From positions 45,212 through 109,211 of IMG/VR virus record IMGVR_UViG_3300035204_001773: a stretch of DNA of 64,000 nt, one strand, 5' to 3'. Shown here piece by piece: positions 18,534-29,900 of the stretch. This DNA comes from a virus. The notes beneath the pieces were generated by a model. The model did not search any database and was not told the origin of the DNA. It saw only the letters and a list, made by a program, of their open reading frames with translations. The position numbers and the translations under genes are program-made. Every line of letters begins with the position of its first letter. Position 1 is the first letter of the stretch.

Positions 18534-20312
18534 TTAAATCGTTATATTAAAGTAGTTCTCATCATTATTATACATTATATGGCTTTTCTTCTCTAATCTT
18601 AAGTCACTGTTTAATAAGCTTTGCTGGCTTGTTTTTATATAATCTGTATTTTCTATTTGACGCCAACCATTCAGCCATACTTTTTCATTTCTTAAATTAA
18701 AATTCAATCTATCATAAGCATCCACAGAACCGCTATATAAGGTTTCGAATTTACTACTCCTCGACACAAACGAATAAATTCCAGATATACCCTTGTCATC
18801 CCCAGTATTCAAAGGCGTTATTTGGACCCCGGTGGGAGAAGATATTTCTTGATAGTTTTGGTCCACTCCTGAAATTAGTTTTTGGCCGTGGAAATATATA
18901 TCCTTATTAATATATTTTTCCCCAGTTATTTCAAGAACCGGATAATCTTCCCCATCATAATTGTAATACTCTATGTCTGTTTCTAGCACGTCGTACAACA
19001 TAGTATCAAACTTATCGAATTGAAAATCTGTCCCCGAGTAAACGAGAAAATCTTCTGCTGGCAAATTATATCCTGTATTTTTTAATTGGTTGGAGCCGTT
19101 AATGAATACGCCTATTTTTTTTCCTATATCTGCATCTTTTATCATGAAGGCGCTGAAGCCCTCTTCGAAGTTGGCTGTTTTATTCAGATTGGCATCATAC
19201 CCACTATTAGAATGTATTTCATAATGGTCTTTGTAATCTATATCTTTTAAGAATACTACATTTTTCTCTGCATATTTAGAAGTATATAATTCGTTATATA
19301 ATTTCTCTTCAGGAACAATCTCTATTATTTCTTCTTCTATATCCACCTTTGGAAATTCTAGTACTTGCGTATAACCGCTTCCGGTAAGATCTACCTTTTT
19401 GCAAACCGTCACAGATGTATCGCACACAGTTTTAATATTATTTAAAGCCTGCATCTCAAATCCAACGATCGCCGTCGAAGAAGCTTTGCTTACTACAGTG
19501 GGCGCGCCAGAAATAGTACTAACTGTTTGAGTGGTTGTTTTTTCGTAAGAAGGATTGATTCCAGTATAATACAGAGCTTCAGAAATCGTATTTCTTTCCG
19601 TGTCCCCATAGAAAGTATCAAATACTATAAAATCATCTACCCATCCCCTGAACCCCTTGTGTCTTTCATATGTTCCTGTTTGGTAAAAGCCACCCAATGT
19701 CCATATCCAAGAATCTACAAAATCGTCAGCATAGTAGGAGGTTGTATAATTTTTTCTAGTAAATGGATCGTGGTTAGATATCGCTATCTGACTTTTGCTT
19801 TTTGATATTGATACTAAATTGTAAAGCTCTAATTCTCTAGGAAGAACTATGTTTTTAAGTTTTCCATTCGTATTAACATATTCTAAATAAGCCCTATTAG
19901 AACCATTGATTCCAAAATTAAAGCCAGAAAGCGCAGTGGGACTATTCATAGAAGACAAAATTACCTCAGCCTTAGTTCTGTCTCTTTCTACATTGTTATT
20001 GTAATTTATAAAAACTGTCCAATTGTCCGGAGGAATTTGATTACCAACTCGCACCACGGTATTAGAGTCAAAATAAGCCATACTGCAACACGTTTTAAAA
20101 GATTCGAAACCAGTATGATTAACGCAGCTAACTAAAATACCGGGGCTAACACTAGCGTTCAAACAGCCAGCCGAAGGAAAATGATCTGCGTCACTATATA
20201 TTTCATTAAATACCGCCCCTCCTTGAATTTTTTCAAAAGAATAGTTTATTCTCAAATTCCCTGTGTCCAGAGAATTATTACTTAAATAATCATATAAAAT
20301 TCCACTATCCAT
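18534..20312 (-). CDS. virion protein with LamG/concanavalin A-like domain
   Basis: INYSF near the N-terminus, NWTVFI, WTLGG...GFRGWVDDFIVFD (LamG-like end), followed by beta-repeat segments (VFINGSNQ, IYFHGQKL, VWLNGWRQ). Confidence 0.6.
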   Translation of the reverse strand: MDSGILYDYLSNNSLDTGNLRINYSFEKIQGGAVFNEIYSDADHFPSAGCLNASVSPGILVSCVNHTGFESFKTCCSMAYFDSNTVVRVGNQIPPDNWTVFINYNNNVERDRTKAEVILSSMNSPTALSGFNFGINGSNRAYLEYVNTNGKLKNIVLPRELELYNLVSISKSKSQIAISNHDPFTRKNYTTSYYADDFVDSWIWTLGGFYQTGTYERHKGFRGWVDDFIVFDTFYGDTERNTISEALYYTGINPSYEKTTTQTVSTISGAPTVVSKASSTAIVGFEMQALNNIKTVCDTSVTVCKKVDLTGSGYTQVLEFPKVDIEEEIIEIVPEEKLYNELYTSKYAEKNVVFLKDIDYKDHYEIHSNSGYDANLNKTANFEEGFSAFMIKDADIGKKIGVFINGSNQLKNTGYNLPAEDFLVYSGTDFQFDKFDTMLYDVLETDIEYYNYDGEDYPVLEITGEKYINKDIYFHGQKLISGVDQNYQEISSPTGVQITPLNTGDDKGISGIYSFVSRSSKFETLYSGSVDAYDRLNFNLRNEKVWLNGWRQIENTDYIKTSQQSLLNSDLRLEKKSHIMYNNDENYFNITI

Positions 20313-20313
20313 T

Positions 20314-22182
20314 TTACCAACTTATTCCTGCTCCCGCGCTCAAACTAGCTGTTAAGGCTGGTTCTATTTGCTGACTAATGCTCCACCCGCCAATGCTCAA
20401 ATTACCCGTTCCCCCCACAGCTTTAAAAGAAAATCCAATGCTAGAATTCCTAGCGTTGGCGACATTATAAACCTTTGTTGCTGTATCCTCAATTTTGACT
20501 ACATCCGTACCTGAGCCATTCATTGCAACACGAATTCTTTCTTCTAGAGTTTTAAAAACGCTAGCAGAAACAGGAGCGTCTTTAGTACCTTCCATGGTCA
20601 CGTTAGCTCTCCACTCCGCTCTTCTTTTACCATTGGGATTAAATACGATATAATGAGCATCTTTCATTATAGAAGGTTTTGGGGTATAAGGTACCATAGC
20701 GGGCTGTACGTTTATCGAATAATTACTCAGATGTACCCCGTTGGTAAAGTGCTTATCTGTAAAAGTCGCGTTAATAGTAGCTTCACCCTGTGTCTTATTG
20801 AGGTTTATAGACAGGGTTTCTGGTGATGGATTGATTGTGCCCCCAATAGAAAGACTACTGTAATCACTTTGAACCAACCCCTTCAAGTAAGTATGAAGCG
20901 CTGACCCTGCGTATGTTGTATTTATCCAATTTTCTAAATTAGTTATCTTATCATTTATGTCCAAGGTGGGATCCGGAAGTAGAGTTCCGCTTATGCTTAT
21001 GGTCGTTATACCCGTAACATGATCCATCGCTAAATCTACGGTGTAATCTAGTACGCAATCGTTAGTACCAGCGATAGAAACGAATCTGTAATCATTGTCC
21101 CATTGCCAAGAATACGAAAGGATTCCTGCTTCGACTTCCAAATTTGAAGACCGCAAAGGTTTGGAATAATCGTTTAGAACACGAATAGTTTGCGTCCCTG
21201 TTGACGTCTTCATGGGCGCAACCATTTGCATATCTTTAGCTAACTGAAACACGGCGTCATCCATGCTCCCTGCGCCGTCTTTGATTTGATTTTGTATATC
21301 TGTTACAAGTGTCGCACTTGAGTTTCCGACAAGGAAGGTGGGAGAAGCTATCGCTTCAACCTGTACGGCTACGGATTGCGCGTCTGCATCTACAGAATCA
21401 GTTATATCAAAACTATATTTTAGAAGAGCAGCCGGATTTGTTCCTACAAGATCTGGATCGAAACTATATTCTTCAGTGATCTCATAAGTTCCGCTCATTC
21501 TATTTATATTTTCCGTCTCTTTGGTCTTAAAAAAATCAGGAGTAGTATTTATAGTAGAGCTAATGAATTCCCATATGGGCATATTAGTTAGACCCTTACG
21601 TGCTTCAACCCAAGTTTTGGCATTTTTTAGAGCATCAGACTTATTACTACCCGATCCACCTTTTTGCCTATCATCTATCCCTTGAGCGGCTACCCTATGG
21701 GATAATGTACCAAATCCAGACTGACTTTCAGTAAAAGAAAATTCATCAACTACCGATTTTACTGTTTGAGTAGAGTACGTGCTGCTTCCAAGCTTTACTG
21801 GCGCTGGGCCGTCCAAGGTCACCGAGTATTCCAATATACTCGAATAGTTTGAGTCTTCAAACGATATATTTCTAACTCTTGCGGTATCTATGTTTCCTAA
21901 TTCAGTCTCTAACTTTTTATAATTTTGACTAAAAAATTGTATAATTTGATTTCTGCCCTCAATTATCTTCGTGCTCGCTGCGGTTCCATTTGGAACATTT
22001 CCATTAACATCAGGATCTAAATAAAGAGATCCATTAATCACATATCTATCAATATCAACTTGCCATTCGCTAGAATAATCTATCTCACGTTCTCTAGACA
22101 CATATGGAGTAAGAAATGCAATGCCCGCTATCGACGTTCCCGGGAACACCGTGCTATTATATTTTAAAACAGGATTTGCCAT
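20314..22182 (-). CDS. distal tail / tail-tip protein, paralog of 22189-23949
   Basis: Beta-rich. FSFTESQSGFGTLSHRV and TENINRMSGTYEITEEY parallel segments of the upstream gene. Confidence 0.5.
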   Translation of the reverse strand: MANPVLKYNSTVFPGTSIAGIAFLTPYVSREREIDYSSEWQVDIDRYVINGSLYLDPDVNGNVPNGTAASTKIIEGRNQIIQFFSQNYKKLETELGNIDTARVRNISFEDSNYSSILEYSVTLDGPAPVKLGSSTYSTQTVKSVVDEFSFTESQSGFGTLSHRVAAQGIDDRQKGGSGSNKSDALKNAKTWVEARKGLTNMPIWEFISSTINTTPDFFKTKETENINRMSGTYEITEEYSFDPDLVGTNPAALLKYSFDITDSVDADAQSVAVQVEAIASPTFLVGNSSATLVTDIQNQIKDGAGSMDDAVFQLAKDMQMVAPMKTSTGTQTIRVLNDYSKPLRSSNLEVEAGILSYSWQWDNDYRFVSIAGTNDCVLDYTVDLAMDHVTGITTISISGTLLPDPTLDINDKITNLENWINTTYAGSALHTYLKGLVQSDYSSLSIGGTINPSPETLSINLNKTQGEATINATFTDKHFTNGVHLSNYSINVQPAMVPYTPKPSIMKDAHYIVFNPNGKRRAEWRANVTMEGTKDAPVSASVFKTLEERIRVAMNGSGTDVVKIEDTATKVYNVANARNSSIGFSFKAVGGTGNLSIGGWSISQQIEPALTASLSAGAGISW

Positions 22183-22188
22183 TTGTTT

Positions 22189-23949
22189 CTAAGTTCGTGT
22201 TTCTAAAAGTCTAGTGAGAGATGGTTTCGTATATTGTAATTCTACGTCCAGAGATATATCGCCCCCGGAGGTTATGGAATAATTAGTATCTGTTATAAAT
22301 AATTGTTTTGGGCTCAATACGGTTCCAAAATAAGCCATGCATGTATTAGCAGCTTCATTTATTAGAGCATCCTGATTATAAATCTTTCCATTAGTAAAAG
22401 GGTTATAAGTCTTACTTCTTTTAGCTTGTCCTTGAAAAGATATATTTAATGTACCCACTTCTGATTGAGGGGATACGTGAATTATCTCTCCAAATTGAGA
22501 AATAGTATATGTCTCCGTCATTCTCACTGGCGAAGAATTATCTACATTTATTTCTTTTTTAGCGAAGAAAGAGCTACTATCATCTATATATATAGTTGTA
22601 TCATCTGTATTAATATATTTAATACTATACCTAGAACCATATTTACTTCTATTATGAGATTCTTGAACAGTTTTTAACGTTCCTCCATAATTATAAATTA
22701 TTGAATTATTTACCCCAGCCTCTATACTTGTCTTTACTAGTGCTAAGTCCGCTGAACTCGACAATTTTCCAGTTAATGGTTTGCCTACGTGCTCTGAGGT
22801 TACCGTTATTACCCCAGCGGCATCACGAGACACATCGTATTTTCTATCTATGGTCATTCCGGTTGAAGAAAGTTTTGGGTCAGATGAGAATTTAACTTCG
22901 TATCCTGCTCTGTTATCTATTTTAGACTTATACCTAGTTATCTCCATTGTTACATTAATAAGAGTAGACCCCGCGTATCCCAATTCATCAATTTTGCTCT
23001 GGCAATTAGAATAAGCGTTAGCTAATTGATTTTTTAATCCAATGTCTATAGCTCCGGTACTGTTTGCCCAATCTGCATCCGCATTAAGAACATCGCATTT
23101 TTCAACCACCTCCAAAAAACCAGTGGCTACTTTGTTTAAGGTATAAGATTTTTTAAATCTATTTTTATCCCCAGCAGCGCCTGTCCCGAGAGGGAATCTG
23201 GTGAATGTTCTCGTGAAATTGCATTTACCACTAACTTTATCATATGTTTCAGAAAATACGTCATTGCCTCTTATATCCGTATCAGTGGCATCATCTAGAT
23301 TTATAAGATTTTTTACATAAGGAAAATGCGGTCGTTGATTTTCGTATATATCTCTAGCTATACTTTTTGAAATAGCCATCGGATCTTGTCCTTGCGCTGG
23401 CCTATATTGAATTTGCAACGAATGACTACAATCTTCTGTACCGTCGGAATTTTTATTAAAGGTAAAATTTTCTACAAATTGGTCAAGTCTGTGAGCGTAA
23501 GGTTTTAAAGTGTCTTCTAAATTTTTATATGGATCCCCTACTCCGCCATCGTCTCCTTCGATGGAGAAATTAACACTACTTATCGCCTCCACGAATTCTA
23601 TATCCATTTGGTATCGACCGACATGAACCTTGGCTTCCATTCCGTCTGGGGAAGAAGTAGATGATATAGAGTTAATCCTTCCTTTGCCGTAATTTATATC
23701 ATTAATTATAATATCACCAGCCAATACTCCGGCCATGGCATTATATGATTCACCTTGAGATTCTGAAAGTCTATCTTTTGTTTTGCTTAAAATAGACGAA
23801 GATAAAGAGTCAGTTACGTTTGATAAGTCTTTTATATAACCCTCTACACGCATGCTTACAGCATCGCCCCTAGCGAACACGTCGCCATCAAAGTAATGCC
23901 TCGTTCTATCGAAGCCCAATAGAAGAGCATCTGTTATTTCTATATCCAT
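22189..23949 (-). CDS. distal tail protein immediately downstream of the TMP
   Basis: Distal-tail position. FTFNKNSDGTEDCSHSL and SETYDKVSGKCNFTRTF are similar to the 20314-22182 product. Confidence 0.5.
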   Translation of the reverse strand: MDIEITDALLLGFDRTRHYFDGDVFARGDAVSMRVEGYIKDLSNVTDSLSSSILSKTKDRLSESQGESYNAMAGVLAGDIIINDINYGKGRINSISSTSSPDGMEAKVHVGRYQMDIEFVEAISSVNFSIEGDDGGVGDPYKNLEDTLKPYAHRLDQFVENFTFNKNSDGTEDCSHSLQIQYRPAQGQDPMAISKSIARDIYENQRPHFPYVKNLINLDDATDTDIRGNDVFSETYDKVSGKCNFTRTFTRFPLGTGAAGDKNRFKKSYTLNKVATGFLEVVEKCDVLNADADWANSTGAIDIGLKNQLANAYSNCQSKIDELGYAGSTLINVTMEITRYKSKIDNRAGYEVKFSSDPKLSSTGMTIDRKYDVSRDAAGVITVTSEHVGKPLTGKLSSSADLALVKTSIEAGVNNSIIYNYGGTLKTVQESHNRSKYGSRYSIKYINTDDTTIYIDDSSSFFAKKEINVDNSSPVRMTETYTISQFGEIIHVSPQSEVGTLNISFQGQAKRSKTYNPFTNGKIYNQDALINEAANTCMAYFGTVLSPKQLFITDTNYSITSGGDISLDVELQYTKPSLTRLLETRT

Positions 23950-23955
23950 ATGTGA

Positions 23956-26900
23956 TTACGATGTCCTATTTGGCGGAAAATAACCGCCTCCCTTTAAAAT
24001 ATTACCCTTACTCCAGTCTATAACCGCTTGCGCAATTGCATTCGGAATAGCTTGTACCGTACCGTCAATGTTTACATTTATATTAGCTGTTTGATTGCTA
24101 TCTCCTCCAATGTTTCTAATCTGCTCTATCTCGTCCTTCCGACTTCTTCCTTCTAGGTTTGCGGAAAGACTCTCTGCTGCCTTGGATATTTCTTCTCCGA
24201 ATGATGTTGCGGCCATGTTTATTTGTTGTGTCGCAGCTTCAAAATTCGGAACGAAGCCTGCTGCTCTACCACTTGAGAAGTTGGGAACTCCTCCTGTTCT
24301 TGACCCATAAGTATTTACATTTGCGCCTTCTGATCTTGCTCTACTGATTCCTTGATCCGGCCCCTGTGGTTCGTCAATTCTATTAAAGACGCCTACTCCG
24401 AAGTTGGGGACATACCCCTTGGCTGCGATACCTTGGATTCTTAAATTATTACTCTTAATAGCGGGGTGCTCTGCTACGTATACTGAGCCTTCCGCGTCTG
24501 ATTTAGAATACCCTCTACCCATGAGAGCGGTAATCTCTCTATCTTTTGCTTCTTCTAATTGGCTAGAGAAATTTGGTATAAACCCTCTATGTTTTCCAGC
24601 GCTACCAGAGCCACGGGCAAAATTAGGGATAAATCCTTTAGCTAAATTTTGTCCTCCCTTTACTCCCCTTCTTCTTCTCTCTTCATCTAAAACGGTTTTG
24701 GCCATTTTTAGATTTGCCAATTGTTCTAATTCTGCATTAGACATTCTCGCTAGCGCATCATCTAGAACTTGACCCGACTTGCCCGCCGTTGGATCCATTT
24801 GAGCTATCTCACCATAAACCTGACCCTGAAATTCGCTAACTTCTGACGGGTCCACATATCTCCACTGCTTCTCTTCCTTACCCGGAATCGTCAGAAGCTT
24901 CATCCATTCGCCCGTTTCCGGATCTAGCTTCCATTCGGACGCTTGGTCTCCCTTCCCGACCTTTACTGTTCCTCCATCCCTAAAGAAGCTATTCTTTCTT
25001 GTTCCTCCCAATTCGCCTTTGCTATCTCTACCCTTCACGCCCACACCCCTAGACCCAACTCCTTCGCGAACAACGTAACCTTCAATTCTGTCCCTTGCAT
25101 TCCCCACGGCTTTATTAAAACCGCTCTGACTAAATCCCTTGGTGCCCACTCCAGTTGCCGTTTCTTGTCTCTGCCATTCTTCCGCGTAGGCTGAAGAAGT
25201 AGTATTCAACCACTTTCTAAACGCCGGTGTTTGCATATCTTCTTCGGACATACCAGTTTGCTTTGCCATATTAAAAAGGAAATCTTTAGGCGGTATATTA
25301 GCGTCCTTCATCAACTGGAACATCTTCATCGCTGCTAGGTTATCTGGATCGTCTTCGTATCCCACCGAGGTTCCCCCCGCGAGCTTCTCCATCTCCATGC
25401 CTGTTCCGACCATTAGTTGGCCAAATAATTTAGTATCATCAGCCCTCTTCTTCTGTCCAACGGTTTTACCTTGATTACCGAAGGCTTGAGTGTTTTCGTA
25501 TTGATTAAAATAGTCGCCTACCCGTTTTTGGGTAATCTGGTCCCTAATTTCTCCCGCTATTCTTTGCGCTTGAGCTATGCCTTCCGGGCCAGTGTTGAAT
25601 AATGCTCCGGCCGCTTGGGTTTTTTGCTCGGGTGTTAAATCTTTACCAAATCTTGTAACTGCATCTGCTAAAAATGCTTTATCAGGGCCCGCTCCCGGGC
25701 CAACGGTCAAGTCGCTGACCAACGTCTTTTGCCAATATTGTTTAGATGCTTCAAGAGCAGCTTTTAATTTTTGATTTTTTAGCTTAATTTTTTCAAGTTC
25801 TTTTGCGTAACGCTTTTGCATCGCAGGATCATTAGTTGATTTCATAGCTTGCTGTAATTGAGCCGCCTCTTGCCCACCAGCAAGCATTTGCAAAGCAACC
25901 CCTTTGAATCGTTGTCCGTATGGACTAGCCGCCATAAGGGGATCTATACCCGCTGCTTCAAACAAGGTTGAAGGTTTCCCGGGTTGCCCCGTTAGGGGAT
26001 CAACGCTTTGGCCGCCTCCAAGGCCGAATTCGGTCATTAATTGCGGATTTTCTAAAAGCGTGCCTCCAGCAAAACCACCTGCGCCCGCCATAGACAGATC
26101 GGCCAAACTTACATCAACCCCCGAACGATCTATAGAAGCTTTGCCCCCACGAACAGATTCTGCTTGGACCATGTCACTATGACGATTTCTTTCCGCTCGC
26201 AATGCGCTTTTAACCTTGGCCATTGACATTTTTTGGCCAGCATATTGGCTCAATCCCAAGCTTTGTAAAAGAGTATCTGGAACTGCCTGTGAGGAATCAA
26301 GCCCTTGACCTCTAATCTCTAAAGCTCTTAATTTTTGCTGCGCAACCTGTTGACGAGCGAAAGATTTAGCCATATTGTCGCTAGCTCTTTTCTTCTGATC
26401 CTCTAGCATGTCTCTGTATTTTTCTTTTTTCTCTCCTCTAGCGCTTTGATATTTACCCCGCACGTAATCTAATGCGTGACCACTCGCTTTACCATACGTA
26501 AATCCTTGTTGAGATATTCCCAGTGAATGCTCTAAAGCTTCTTCTGTATTAATCCAGTTCTCTGCGGTAATAGCATTTCTGTCTCCACCTCCCCAGTCAT
26601 CAATCATCATTTGCTTCATGTTACCAATTTTGAAGTCTATGCCGAATCTCTGAGCGAAGGCCACCTGATTACCTGCTATTTTTGCGAACCTAGCAGCGGC
26701 TGCCTGTTTTACCCATGGCGGATTATTTGGAGCTTCTTTAAATTCTTGGGCTGCGTTTTGTATGGACCACAACATTTTCTTCCTCATTGTTTTCCTCTGT
26801 GAGTCTTGCAGTTTACGCTTTAATATGGGATCTTTTGTTCTCCGTATCATCTCTGCATTACCTTGGATATCCATAGACAACATTTGCCCCATGTCTTTTG

Positions 26901-29900
26901 TTTGGCCTGCTCTAGAAATTACGCCAAGCCTTTGGTTTCCTTGGGTTCCGTATTTTTTGGCATCCATTTTGCGCTCGATTTCTACTTCTGACAGTTCTTT
27001 CCTTGTTAATCTAGAATCGCCTTTGCCCTCTTTGCCTGTAAAAATATTCTTATGGAGTTGGTCCATTAATTTTGCTCCCGAACCTCTTGCTAATATATTG
27101 CCACGATGATCTCTTACAATAGACTCTCCATCATCGCCTTCTTCTACTTTAATTGCTCCCGTGGCCGACAGGTCTTGCACAAAGCTTCCTCGGGTTATAG
27201 CCTCCACTCTTCTGCCTCCAGACATATAATATGTTTTCCCATCAGCTGCTTTGTATAATTGGGTTTTTTTAATGGTCTTACCAGTATTTTTGTCGACATA
27301 TTGCTGAGATACTAATTGTGTTTCTCTAGCCTCGATTTTCTCTTTCATAGCAGGCATCTTCTTCATCTTCTCTCGCCACGCTTTGATGGCAGCTTCATTT
27401 GCTCCACCCCTTTTAAGCATCTCTTCTGCATCAACGAGGTTACCCTCCTGCATGGCCTTGTGATATTTACCACCCATTCTACCTGCTCTAGATTGTTCTG
27501 CTATCGCTTTTAAATCTCGTTTCCTCCCCGCTACTTCATTTTGAGCATCAATATTTGATTGCATTCGGCCGGGCATCATTGTCTTATCAATACCTTCATA
27601 CCAAGATTGCCCCATTTGTTCTCTTTCTAAATGTTTGAATTGCGCTTTAGTAGCCTCTTCTCTCATGTCTAATTTGTTCATTTCTTCCCCTACTTTAAAC
27701 ATCATCTTTACTTCGTCAGGTAAACCGGGAATATCTTTCATCTCCGACAAAATTTTATTACGCTTGGCTGTAGCTTCAGGAAGCTTTCCAGAGTCAAGTT
27801 CTTCTAAAGAAGCAAACCTCCCGCTCGCTTTTCTCATTTCCGCTTGCTGCGCGAACAATGCGGCTGTTCTTTGCGCAAATCCCTCTGGGTCATCTCCCAT
27901 TCCTAGAGAGGATAGTTTGTCATACCAAGCCAAGTCGGCATTATTTTTAATGTATTCGGCTCGTTCAGATGGTTCCATCGCTGCGAGCTCTTTTCCTGAC
28001 TTGCCAGTATAATGCTCAAGCCTATCGCTCATGTTTCGCATTTCTTCGGGGGATATACGAAGCAACTCTTTCTCCATATCAATCAGTGCGCTACTATCTG
28101 CACTCGCTGTTGTCCCAGTTTGTATTAAGTTGCTCATTAATTTTTGAGTTGATGCAGCTTTCTCTGCGTCGTAAATCAAAGCGGCGTTTTCTCCTTCTCC
28201 AAAGTTTAAAGATAAACCAAATCTATTTTGAGAACCGGGTTGAGTTAGTACTTCATCCCATAGTGCGCTAGCTAATTGTTGTCTTATTCCGTGATCTTTT
28301 TCTCCCGCTCTAGCTATTGCAGCATTTATTTTAGCGCCAGCCTCATCGGCTTTCATGTCTTTTTGACGTCTGAAATGATCAGCTAAAGTGGCCGCTGTCA
28401 TTGCGACCCATATTGCCGCACCAACTGGACCACCAGCCAACAATGCTGGTCCCATAGCTAAAATATCTATACCCAATCGGGTTCCAGTAGCAACGCGATC
28501 TTTTTGTAATTGGAGTTGGTGCATTTCCACAGTAGCATCAGCCCCATCAACCCCGCCTTTTTCCATGCGCCCCTGAAGACCTTCCATTTCTTTTGCGTAA
28601 GCTTTATTTACAAAATGAGAACCAATCATTTGTCCAACTATACCAACTCCAAGACCACGTATTGCTGATGATCCTCCAAATTTCTTTGCCATCCCCTTGG
28701 TCCACTGGCCAGACTTACTTGCTTTCACTGATTTCCATATGCCGCCTTTTTTCGCTACCTTGTCTAATCCCTCTCCCGCTTTTTTGTACGCGGCACCTCT
28801 TAACCCCTTATCGCTCGCATCTGTGAAAAAGTCTGCAGCTTTCTTGACGGCGCTTTTCTTTGACCCGCTCTTTACGCTTTGTTCTATTGCGCCTTCGGCC
28901 AATTCTTTAGCCGCTCTTTGCTGAGCTTCTTTTTCCAAGCCCCGCATAATCATATACGTGCCTACCCCATAACCTCCATACGTAGCTATTCCTTCTCCTA
29001 TTTTAGCTATGGTTTTATTCTCGTTTTGCATAAGGTATTTACCAATCCAACCAGTAGCTAAACCAGCGCCAATACCCACAGCACCGCCCCTAAGATCTCT
29101 ACCTATAGTGCCTCCACCGAATTTTCCTCCTCCAAAGCCCCATTTTTGTTTACCCATCTGCCACATCTGTTTATAATTGTTGCCGAATAACGTGCGGGAC
29201 ATTAGCCCTCCTTGCTCTGGGCGATAAAGACCGATCTTATGGGAAAGTTTTCCTATGGTTTTCATGGCAGTCTTAACCTTGCCATCTCTTCGACCTTCTA
29301 TACCTTTTGCTAAATCCTTGGAAGCTGCATCTAATCGCCGGGCGAGGAGTTCCTGATCTGCTTTCACCTTCATGTTTTGCTCTGTTTTCAACGCATCAGC
29401 TTGCAACCTTCCTAGCTGCGCATTCCGCTGTTTCGTGGCGTCCGCAGACCGCCGCCCCGGATCCTTCTCTATCGCTTGTAATTGCTTTTCTAGCAACCCT
29501 GAGTCCGGCCCCGCCTTTGCCATCATCAAGCGTCCCAGTTTTTGTGCTCCGCTGCGTCCGGATTTGTCAGGCGGTAAAGCGGCCACCTTATCCAGCGGGG
29601 TATTTTTTCCGCCCTCAACGTGTTTGGTCCAAGCCGCTTTAAGCATGTTCTGCCCCTTACTATAAGACATTGAGCCATTACCGACTTTTTTCTCAATCCT
29701 CGCTCTTGTTTTTTCAAACTGTGCTACGGCCTTTCTAATGTTAACATCGTGCGGATTACCAAAACCCATTGCCCCCTTTCCAACGCCCTTAAGGCCCATT
29801 GCGCCTGCTTTATATCCTCTATTAGCTAATGCAAATTTAGCCTTCCCAGCGACCTTAGGATCACTGGATCGGGCATTGGTTTCTAATTTAGCGCGGGCCT

